From positions 1,320,001 through 1,352,000 of the forward strand of contig NZ_RSDW01000001.1 of NCBI RefSeq assembly GCF_003945235.1: a stretch of 32,000 nucleotides of DNA, written 5' to 3'. Source of the DNA: Edaphobacter aggregans (lineage in GTDB: Bacteria; Acidobacteriota; Terriglobia; Terriglobales; Acidobacteriaceae). The stretch's first letter is position 1, and each line of letters begins with the position of its first letter. Positions 25,091 to 32,000 of the stretch are shown here, one piece after another. The notes under the pieces are model-generated. The model was not told where the DNA came from and ran no database searches. It saw only the letters and a program-made list of their open reading frames with translations. Made by a program: the position numbers and the translations under genes.

Positions 25091-26281
25091 CTACTTGCTC
25101 ACCTTGTCTTGCTGCTCGTCCTGCTCCGTACCGAGGCGCAGAGCCTTGTAGATCTGCCGCATCTTTTCTTTAATGTCCTTGTACTTTTGGTAGGCTTCCA
25201 GCTCGCGCTTGGCATCATCAGGACGATTCAGTTTGCGATAGACAGTGCTCAGCCGATAGTGCGCAAGAACATTGGCAGGATCGGCAGCAATAACCTGCTC
25301 GAGCAACGCCACAGCAGAGGCAGCCTCGTTCTTCTCGCTATAAACATGGGCCAAGCCAATCGCAGCATCAGCATCGTTAGGAGCGAGCGCCAGCGCCTGC
25401 TTGTAATACGCAGCTGCGCTATCGAGATCGCCCTTATCGGAGGCAAGGTCTCCCAGACGAGCGACGGCCTTTTCGTCGGAGCTGTTGACGGCGACTGCAA
25501 GCTTGTACTGTTCCTCAGCCTCGGCTCGTAGTTTCAAATCTGGCGAAGCATGGAGCGCCTCCGCCAACTCAAAGTGAATCCCCGGCAAGTTCGGATCAGC
25601 AGCCAACGCCTTCCTGTAGTTGGCAATTGCGCCAGCGGTATCCCGCTCGCGTACCAGTTCATGTGCCATCACCTGATACATCTGCCCGGAATCGGACGCT
25701 GCGACTGACAGATCCAGCATCGCCTCTCCCGCCAGATCGGTGTAAATTCTGTAAGCCGCATAAAGAACTCGCGGATCGGTGGGCGCTCCCTGTCGTAGAA
25801 TCGCAACAACGCTCGCAGCCTTTTCCAACTCCTGCGATGCACTATAGATCTCGATTAGTTCGAGTCCCGCCTCTAGACGTATGTTGGGCTCTTGCAACTG
25901 ATCGACGACAGCCTGCAGATCAGCACGCGCCGCGTCCGTTTTGCCAATGCGGCGTTCGCACATGCCAAGCAACGCGCGAATCTTAGTCAGGTCAGGCTTT
26001 TGCTCGATAGCATCACGCAGATGCGGCTCAGCCGCCGAATAGTCCTTTTGAAAGTAAAGCAGGACACCGAGATTTGCCTGTGCGTCCAGGTTATGCGGAT
26101 CAACCGCCAACACCGCAGCAAATTCCTTAATTGCAAGCTCAGGCTTCGTCTCGTTCAGAAGCTGATGCGCTCGCTGTTCATGCAACTGCACCTGCTGCGC
26201 CACCGAGTCAACACCCGCTTGCGCCGCATCCGCAACGACTCCACCCATAGCTAACAACAGAAGAAAGGAAAACACCCGCAT
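25091..26281 (-). CDS. Exported TPR protein, TBDR2-associated
   Basis: Signal peptide MRVFSFLLLLAMGGVVADAAQA. Serial TPR-like units: AIKEFAAVLAVDPHNLDAQANLGVLLY, YRKALAADPNLPGIHFELAEAL, YKQALALAPNDADAAIGLAHVY, LEQVIAADPANVLAHYRLSTVY. Confidence 0.8.
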   Translation of the reverse strand: MRVFSFLLLLAMGGVVADAAQAGVDSVAQQVQLHEQRAHQLLNETKPELAIKEFAAVLAVDPHNLDAQANLGVLLYFQKDYSAAEPHLRDAIEQKPDLTKIRALLGMCERRIGKTDAARADLQAVVDQLQEPNIRLEAGLELIEIYSASQELEKAASVVAILRQGAPTDPRVLYAAYRIYTDLAGEAMLDLSVAASDSGQMYQVMAHELVRERDTAGAIANYRKALAADPNLPGIHFELAEALHASPDLKLRAEAEEQYKLAVAVNSSDEKAVARLGDLASDKGDLDSAAAYYKQALALAPNDADAAIGLAHVYSEKNEAASAVALLEQVIAADPANVLAHYRLSTVYRKLNRPDDAKRELEAYQKYKDIKEKMRQIYKALRLGTEQDEQQDKVSK

Positions 26282-26323
26282 TGCAAGACCGTCCGATCCT
26301 GGTATGGATCGTATCTTAAAGGA

Positions 26324-26356
26324 AGATGGGATGGCGAAGATGTCGCCATCCCATCT
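26324..26356 (-). terminator. Strong intercistronic hairpin between TBDR2 and its TPR gene (partial terminator or processing/stability element)
   Basis: A 14-bp perfect stem, AGATGGGATGGCGA (26324-26337) paired with TCGCCATCCCATCT (26343-26356), with a 5-nt loop. On the transcribed (minus) strand it is followed by TCCTTTAAGAT, which is only moderately U-rich. It lies 9 nt after the TBDR2 stop. Confidence 0.5.
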
Positions 26357-26365
26357 GGTGATTGG

Positions 26366-29300
26366 TTAGAAGGATATGCGTCCGCTAAGTTGCATGGTAC
26401 GACCGCCAACCGTGACTCCCCTGATCGTTGAGGTTCCAGTTGCGATCGTGCCATTCGGATTCACAACAAGCTGAGCAGAGCCCTGTTCGCCTCCTGTAGT
26501 TGGCAGATTGAAGCTCGGGTGGTTGAAGATGTTATTTGCATCTGCACGAAGCTGGAACTTCACCGACTCCCATATTGCAAATGTCTTACCTAGGGAGAAG
26601 TTCACCTGTGAAAGTCCAGGCCCATTCAGGATGTTTCGGCCGGCATTGCCAAAGGTCCCTGGTGCAGGCGCCGCAAACGCAGCCTCATTGAACCACTGGT
26701 TCGTTCCATGGAATGGCCCCTTACTGGAGAGATGAGGATTCCCAATTACGTTGGGATACCACTGTGAGTTTTGAGATTGTGCGAACGAGTTATCCGTCTT
26801 CATAGAGACTGTAAACGGCTGACCGCTCTGAACAACGAGCGTGCCACTCGTCTGCCAGCCACCAATGAGTACATCGAGCAACGTATTGTTATTGACGAAC
26901 GTTCTGCCCTTTCCGAAAGGAAGCTGATAAATAGCGCTTCCCTTGATCGCATTCCTTACATCAAAGTTTGAATTTCCGTAGTTTGCAGAAGGATCGAACG
27001 AGCGTTGATAGTTTAGCGCGCCCGCCCGGCTGCCCCAGCCTGATGAATCCTGTTCGCTCAGGAAGTGGGCCCAGACATAGTTGAAATCAAAGCTCACCCC
27101 ATGGGACAGACGTTTTTGAATACTAGCCTGGAGTGAGTTGTAATTTGAGAGGGCATTGTTGGTGCTGCCGAAGATATTCCCGAATTGCGGAAATGCACGG
27201 AATGCCTTGTCGTTGGCGGACAGTTTGTTCTCCGGGACCTGGTTAATATCAACCGGGAACAGAAGATCGTGGCCATGGCTGCCTACATAGGCCAATTCAA
27301 CTGCCAGGTTGGGATTTAGCTCCTCCTGCACGCTGAGATTCCACTGATAGCTGCCACCTACGGGTGCGTGATACTGGTTGTAGTTGACGTTTGTGCCGTT
27401 GAATGCCGCTGGATCGGTACTGGCAGGAATGTATGGCAGATTGGAGCCGGTACCACCTAAAATCCCGATCGGTGTAACGTTACCGGTATCGCTGACATTA
27501 CCCCTCGTGCCGAAAGCCTGCCCCATGCCTGGCGCATACCTATCCAGGCTCCAGTTGTAGGCATAGAGACCAAATCCACCTCTTATCGTGGCGTTTGGAC
27601 GCATAAGCCATGCGAAGCCGACGCGGGGAAGAATAGTGTCATACACCGGGGCCTGAAGCGTGGTGCGACCATTTGCCTTCGTGGAACCAAACCAGTAGGC
27701 ACCGAGGGTACCTGTGGCGGGGTTTTGCACCGTTGGATCGAAGGTCGCCATATTACCTTTGACTTCGCCCCATCCTGACTGGATCTGATACCTCAGTCCA
27801 AGATTGATTGTCAGGTTCGGCGTTAGTTTGTAGTCGTCCTGGATGAACAACTGCGGAAGTCTCATACGTCCGCCATACTCCGGTGTCACCTGTGCGCTCC
27901 AGTTCTGCATTTGTCCCAGAAGGAAGTCAGCATAAGCGAGGCCGGTAGTGCTATCACCCGGTGTTGACGAGCTATATACGCCCGTGAAGCCCATAGTGCC
28001 GCCGTTTATATTTCCCCAGGCCGTCGAGTTGTCGCGGAAGAAAAGGAACTCTCCTCCAAAATGAAGAATGTGCTTACCGCGAATCAAAGTAACCACGTCG
28101 GAAGGATCGTAGACATGTTCTTTATAAACCGCGTTAATGTTCGATGAGAGGCCGTAGTAGCCGTTGATGTTAATGTTTGGGAAGATGTCCGCCTTCGCAT
28201 ATTGCCATCCCAACTTGGCCGGGAAGCCTTGATTGAGCGATGCGGGAACGAAGAAGTTCAACTGGTTCGTGTAGCCGACCCGGAGTTCGTTAATCACATT
28301 TGGGCTGATCGTCCACACATCTGTGATCTGGGCGTTGTACCGACTGACATCCCCAGATTGGCAGTTAATGGGGCATATACCCTGTCCGTTGCTGTATGCC
28401 GGATTATCGCTCTGCTGAACGGTTGCCGTCAGCCGATTATTTCCTCTGATGTCATAGTCTGCGCGGCCAAAGAATTTTGTGAACGGATTCGCATTCGGGA
28501 TGTTATAGAAAAAGTTGTTCGATGTAAGACCGTTCGCTACTGTTCCCGCTGTATTCGGAGTGGGGTAGTACTTCTGAAGAGCTAGCGCTAGAGGGTCGAA
28601 TCTAGATGCGGGAATCTTGTTGCCCTGGCCATATTCAGCCGCGAAAGAGGTCCGGTCGTAACAAGGGCAAGTTTGAGTGGTTCCGTTTGGAAGGGTTCGC
28701 GTCCCTGTAGCCTGGCTAAGCTTCGTCGTCGCAGGATCGTAAATCGTCGATTGGCCGGTGAAGTCTCCAGTGAGCATTGCTGAGGTAGGAACCGTAGTGA
28801 ATTGAAGTGTAGAAGCCCCAGGATTCACGATTTTGTCATAGTTGAAAAAGAAGAAAAGTTTTCTTTTCAAGACGGGCCCCCCGACAGAAAACCCAAAATT
28901 GTTATAACGAAGACGAGAGACCGCTTTGCTTCTTGGCAGTTGCGCAAAGGCATAGTTTGCTGCGTTGAGCGCGTCGTTTTGCCAGAACTCGTAAACATCG
29001 CCGTGGAATCTGTCCGTGCCGCCCTTGCTGATTTGGTTGAACATGATGCCGCCAATTCCATACTGTGCGGAGAAGTTGGACGCAGCAACTTTCACTTCCT
29101 GAATCGCATCCAGAACCATCACGTCGGCGTTTGCGCTCGAGGGCAGTGTAATAGCGGCGCCATCTGCGAGAACAGTGCTGTACGGTAAATTTCCATTTAC
29201 TGAAATTACCTGGCCAGGATTATTTGCCCCCTGTGAGCCGCCCGCCATCGGAGCACCAGAGCCTCCGGGCAATAGGATCGTGAAGTTCTGCCAGTCCTGT

Positions 29301-29770
29301 CCAACCTGCGGTAATTCCGACAGCTGCCTTGCGCTAAGCGTAGTGGATTGCTCCGCGTTCTCGGTTGCTAGCAGGGGAATGTCGGCCTGCACCACTACCT
29401 GCTCCGTTACAGCACCAACCGTTAGCTGCGCGTTGACAGTGACATTTCCCACGTCAATCGTCAAAGATGACCGAACGTATGTTTGGAATCCTGGTTTGGA
29501 GAACGTAAGTTCGTAGGTTCCGGTGACAATCGAGGATGTGTCGTACAAACCATCTTGGTTCGTAGTAAGAACCTTTGTTACTCCAGTGTTCTTATTAACC
29601 ACCGTTACGGTCACGTCAGGAAGCACGGCGCCGCTCGCATCGGTTACAACACCACGGATATCGCCAGCATTCATACTCTGCGCGAAGCCGACTTCCGTAA
29701 GGCTGAGTCCAACCGCAAAGCTTAACGTTATCGTCAGCAGACTCACTTTCAATTTGCCTCTAAAGCTCAT
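26366..29770 (-). CDS. TonB-dependent outer-membrane receptor with N-terminal carboxypeptidase-regulatory-like domain (TBDR2)
   Basis: ORF 26366..29791. Start placed at ATG 29770 (AGGAGG 4 nt upstream). Signal peptide MSFRGKLKVSLLTITLSFAVGLSLTEVGFAQS. CarboxypepD_reg-like segment: GVVTDASGAVLPDVTVTVVNKNTG...YELTFSKPGFQTY. Plug-like segment: LSARQLSELPQVGQDWQNFTILLPGG. C-terminal OMP signature ...GRISF. Confidence 0.85.
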   Translation of the reverse strand: MSFRGKLKVSLLTITLSFAVGLSLTEVGFAQSMNAGDIRGVVTDASGAVLPDVTVTVVNKNTGVTKVLTTNQDGLYDTSSIVTGTYELTFSKPGFQTYVRSSLTIDVGNVTVNAQLTVGAVTEQVVVQADIPLLATENAEQSTTLSARQLSELPQVGQDWQNFTILLPGGSGAPMAGGSQGANNPGQVISVNGNLPYSTVLADGAAITLPSSANADVMVLDAIQEVKVAASNFSAQYGIGGIMFNQISKGGTDRFHGDVYEFWQNDALNAANYAFAQLPRSKAVSRLRYNNFGFSVGGPVLKRKLFFFFNYDKIVNPGASTLQFTTVPTSAMLTGDFTGQSTIYDPATTKLSQATGTRTLPNGTTQTCPCYDRTSFAAEYGQGNKIPASRFDPLALALQKYYPTPNTAGTVANGLTSNNFFYNIPNANPFTKFFGRADYDIRGNNRLTATVQQSDNPAYSNGQGICPINCQSGDVSRYNAQITDVWTISPNVINELRVGYTNQLNFFVPASLNQGFPAKLGWQYAKADIFPNININGYYGLSSNINAVYKEHVYDPSDVVTLIRGKHILHFGGEFLFFRDNSTAWGNINGGTMGFTGVYSSSTPGDSTTGLAYADFLLGQMQNWSAQVTPEYGGRMRLPQLFIQDDYKLTPNLTINLGLRYQIQSGWGEVKGNMATFDPTVQNPATGTLGAYWFGSTKANGRTTLQAPVYDTILPRVGFAWLMRPNATIRGGFGLYAYNWSLDRYAPGMGQAFGTRGNVSDTGNVTPIGILGGTGSNLPYIPASTDPAAFNGTNVNYNQYHAPVGGSYQWNLSVQEELNPNLAVELAYVGSHGHDLLFPVDINQVPENKLSANDKAFRAFPQFGNIFGSTNNALSNYNSLQASIQKRLSHGVSFDFNYVWAHFLSEQDSSGWGSRAGALNYQRSFDPSANYGNSNFDVRNAIKGSAIYQLPFGKGRTFVNNNTLLDVLIGGWQTSGTLVVQSGQPFTVSMKTDNSFAQSQNSQWYPNVIGNPHLSSKGPFHGTNQWFNEAAFAAPAPGTFGNAGRNILNGPGLSQVNFSLGKTFAIWESVKFQLRADANNIFNHPSFNLPTTGGEQGSAQLVVNPNGTIATGTSTIRGVTVGGRTMQLSGRISF

Positions 29771-29842
29771 ATTGCCTCCTAAATATCTCAAACGACATAG
29801 CCTCTATCGTGGGCATCAGATCGTGAAGCGGGAATCAAAAAC

Positions 29843-29862
29843 ATAAGACAAACGTTTGTCTT
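29843..29862. promoter_or_regulatory. Operator candidate, promoter-distal (start-codon-proximal): 20-bp perfect palindrome TAAGACAAACGTTTGTCTTA
   Basis: Perfect dyad centred on CG 29852/29853, inside the TBDR2 leader 73 nt upstream of ATG 29770. On the mRNA strand it is followed by UGUUUUU (plus coordinates 29836-29842). Confidence 0.65.
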
Positions 29863-29936
29863 AATTGGCAAAAACTCTATCCAGTAACCAAGCTCACCAC
29901 CTGACCAATTAACCTTTTTTGAACCCGATTTGCTTC

Positions 29937-29966
29937 CAATCTAAGACAAACGTTTGTCTTAGATTG
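29937..29966. promoter_or_regulatory. Operator candidate, promoter-proximal: 30-bp perfect palindrome CAATCTAAGACAAACGTTTGTCTTAGATTG
   Basis: Perfect dyad centred on CG 29951/29952, beginning about 25 nt downstream of the predicted transcription start. Its centre is 99 bp from the other palindrome centre. Confidence 0.65.
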
Positions 29967-29997
29967 CGTGATTGAAAGGTTTGTCGAGTCGGACGAA

Positions 29998-30027
29998 AAT
30001 ATAGAAAGGATTCGTCAGATATGTCAA
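29998..30027 (-). promoter_or_regulatory. Near-consensus sigma70-type promoter of the TBDR2-TPR-CRTAC1 operon
   Basis: Read on the minus strand: TTGACA (plus coordinates 30022-30027), 18-nt spacer, TATATT (29998-30003). This predicts a leader of roughly 220 nt containing both palindromes. Confidence 0.5.
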
Positions 30028-30062
30028 GCGTTTATTTCGAATTGTGTTCGTAGAGTGGACAA

Positions 30063-30127
30063 CCACTGCTTCTAGAGAGGTCGACCACTGCAAACGCTAC
30101 TTAGTTTCAGTGTTTCAAGGCCACTGC
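30063..30127. repeat. Three direct copies of the heptamer CCACTGC upstream of the TBDR2 promoter
   Basis: CCACTGC at 30063-30069, 30085-30091 and 30121-30127, with start-to-start spacing of 22 and 36 bp. All lie 35-100 bp upstream of the -35 element relative to minus-strand transcription. Confidence 0.4.
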
Positions 30128-30213
30128 TGATAGCAATCAGGAATGCTGGCATCGTCCATAAATCCCACTCTTCGACGTTCGCTGGCGATCTACGTGATCG
30201 TTTTTCATCTTTG

Positions 30214-32000
30214 TCACCGTATCAGCATGATTGAGCCTTGCCAAAACGCGACTTTCTGCCCCGTCGGGTCGAGGACGTTTACTTGACACTCATACCGTCC
30301 GAGCGCAAGTTCACCGAGCCTGATATTGAAGCCGATTGGTGTTACGCCTAGCCGACTACCCGGTTGTGGTGTCACAGCAATTGGGCCAGTCTCAAACGCC
30401 TTCTTCTGATCCCGATAGAAACTTACAAAGGCGATCAGTGGCGCGACGGGTTTTGCAGGCGCGGGGTTCGCGGCGGTTGCTATTGTGCTGCTTGTTGGGT
30501 TGCCTTCATACGCCTGTAGATATACATAAAGTTCACGGTCTGTGCTGAAGACCCGCGTCACGCTTGGAATCAGTTTGAGACCATCTTTCACGAGTGGATT
30601 GGCCGCATCGTTCTTAGCCGCTTCCTTCCCCTTGGTCGCGTTATAGAGGGCGTCCTTCATGTCGACGCGCTGGTTGCTTAGCACAACCGAACTGATGGGA
30701 ACACGCTTTGTTTCCTTGTTTAGGTTCGGGATGATGAAGGTTGTCTGATAGGTGCCGATTCGTCCCGTCTCGTCGTCGCGCGCTAAAAATTTGACCGAGT
30801 ATCTTCCGGGAGTGAGAGTGAATCCGGCGTCGTACTCGATCGGTCTTCGAGCCAACTCCGCGGCTGTGGAATCACTCAGCTTGATGTTGACGTTGTCCCG
30901 AACATTGGTGACAGTTACGCCACCTACCTCGTCTTTGATCTCGCAAACGAAGTCGATCAGCGTGTGCTCTGCTCCGAAGCGTTTCGCCAAGGCGAGTTCG
31001 CCTCCGGGAATCTTCACAACAATGGGCACGAAGTATTCAGCGCGATTGAGCTGAAAATAATTGATCTCCATCGCGATCGTGAGATCTGTAATCGGGTCGC
31101 CCAGCATTAAGGCGTCCTCGAGCTGTCGCTCCTTGTCGGTTGGCGTGAAGTGGCTGAACTCTTTATTCGCGTAGTAGCCCTGGCGGTATTCGAGGTTGGC
31201 TTCGAGCGCGGAATCGACAGTTATCTTTACCTTCCGAAACCGTCCATTCTGCGCGGTGTTGGTCGTATAGTAGCCCACGATGTAATAGTCCGAGATTGCG
31301 CGCTGTGCTTGTACCACTCCTTTTGTGAGGTCGTTGTTGTCGAAGAGCGCTTTGCCTCCGGTATCGGCAGCCAGTGCGAACATTGTGTCCTGCGACCGCT
31401 GGAACTTGTCGGTTACAGCTTGTGCGGCCGCGCCGGAATACATTCCCTGATTGCCAGGCGAGCCCTGAGTCGCATCTCCGAGAGGAGCCTGCGCTACCAG
31501 GCCGCGCGCATCTATCGGCCAGAATGAAACTCCTGCCCGTATTGCAGCATCGATGGTTGCGTGCAGTTGCGCCTGATTATCGACGCCATTCAGGCGCAGG
31601 CCACTCGCGAAGTAGATGAGAGATTTTTTCTCGCTCATTTGGCCGAGCATCTTCGCAGCGGTTTGTAGTGCGGAGAGCTGGCGGTCCGTGTTGAAGATGT
31701 TGAACTCGCTGTCATCCTGTCCGAAGGCTGCCCCTGTATCGGCGCTACTGGCATCATCGATAGAGTCTGCGGAGCCCTGGCCTTCGCCGATGACCAATGT
31801 CTGCAGGATGCTCAGTAGCCGGTTGCGGTCCGCTGTAAAATCCTGCAGCACATCGACGGATCCACCGCCGTAACGCAGAATCGAGATGAGGTCTGCAGGG
31901 GTCATCTGCGTTCGCACAAACTTTTCCGCCGCGGCCAGAGCGCGAACCTGGTCTTGAGGCGGCATGGCCGTCATGTCGAAGTAAAGGGCCAGCAGGCGAT
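30214..32000 (-). CDS. VWA domain protein of the acidobacterial type (TIGR03436-like); 5' end lies outside the window
   Basis: The reading frame stays open to the window edge (...RLLALYFDMTAMPPQDQ), so ATG 31974 is probably internal. VWA-like core: LYFDM..M, SILRYGGGSVDVLQDFTADRNRLLSIL, LIYFASGL. It is followed by about 380 aa of uncharacterised beta-rich sequence. Family name recalled, not searched. Confidence 0.72.
   Translation of the reverse strand, partial: RLLALYFDMTAMPPQDQVRALAAAEKFVRTQMTPADLISILRYGGGSVDVLQDFTADRNRLLSILQTLVIGEGQGSADSIDDASSADTGAAFGQDDSEFNIFNTDRQLSALQTAAKMLGQMSEKKSLIYFASGLRLNGVDNQAQLHATIDAAIRAGVSFWPIDARGLVAQAPLGDATQGSPGNQGMYSGAAAQAVTDKFQRSQDTMFALAADTGGKALFDNNDLTKGVVQAQRAISDYYIVGYYTTNTAQNGRFRKVKITVDSALEANLEYRQGYYANKEFSHFTPTDKERQLEDALMLGDPITDLTIAMEINYFQLNRAEYFVPIVVKIPGGELALAKRFGAEHTLIDFVCEIKDEVGGVTVTNVRDNVNIKLSDSTAAELARRPIEYDAGFTLTPGRYSVKFLARDDETGRIGTYQTTFIIPNLNKETKRVPISSVVLSNQRVDMKDALYNATKGKEAAKNDAANPLVKDGLKLIPSVTRVFSTDRELYVYLQAYEGNPTSSTIATAANPAPAKPVAPLIAFVSFYRDQKKAFETGPIAVTPQPGSRLGVTPIGFNIRLGELALGRYECQVNVLDPTGQKVAFWQGSIMLIR

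Noticed and set aside
23331-25531. Plus-strand ORFs of 176, 190, 96 and 193 aa opposite the CRTAC1 and TPR2 genes
   Set aside because: Same reasoning. The minus-strand frames carry repeated FG-GAP Ca-loops and TPR units, while the plus-strand frames show nothing recognisable.
1-32000. Looked for tRNA/rRNA genes, CRISPR arrays, transposase or integrase genes, long terminal inverted repeats, phage genes, toxin-antitoxin pairs and known defence-system genes
   Set aside because: None were found by eye. All long ORFs are accounted for by carbohydrate, envelope and regulatory genes, and the intergenic regions are too short or unstructured for RNA genes. A covariance-model scan (tRNAscan-SE, Infernal/Rfam) would be needed to exclude small RNAs formally.

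Overview
Densely coding, moderately GC-rich bacterial chromosome segment. I count 17 protein-coding genes and see no rRNA, tRNA, CRISPR array or IS element. The gene content points to Acidobacteriota (Terriglobia-like): two very large TonB-dependent receptors (TBDRs) with CarboxypepD_reg N-termini, a VWA protein of the acidobacterial type, a CRTAC1/ASPIC protein and many exported glycoside hydrolases. This taxonomy is inference only.

Three blocks:
(1) 16-9808, a putative alpha-glucoside locus. An AraR-like GntR/PBP1 regulator, an MFS sugar porter and an exported GH13 lie on the minus strand, divergent from TBDR1 and a TPR protein.
(2) 9838-13454. A secreted ARPP-1/DUF6569-like protein is divergent from a translationally coupled ECF-like sigma factor and a zf-HC2 anti-sigma factor whose C-terminus carries two Asp-box (BNR) motifs.
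(3) 13533-29770, a putative beta-glucan locus. A four-gene exported hydrolase operon (GH3, GH5, GH30, and a 996-aa fusion of tandem beta-helix GH55-like domains with an SMP-30/gluconolactonase-like propeller) is divergent from a LacI-family regulator. A TBDR2-TPR-CRTAC1 operon follows. A 5'-truncated VWA gene ends the window.

The strongest sequence-level signal is one palindrome, core AGACAAACGTTTGTCT. It occurs as perfect 20-bp and 30-bp palindromes in the TBDR2 leader and once more (one mismatch) across the overlapping lacI/GH3 divergent promoters. This ties the uncharacterised TPR and CRTAC1 proteins to the hydrolase operon as one putative regulon.

The candidate undescribed system is a SusD-less, TBDR-centred glycan capture module (TBDR + exported TPR protein, with or without a CRTAC1 FG-GAP propeller). 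It is present twice in the window with the same TBDR/hairpin/TPR layout. All functional calls come from motifs read in the translations; no database search was possible.
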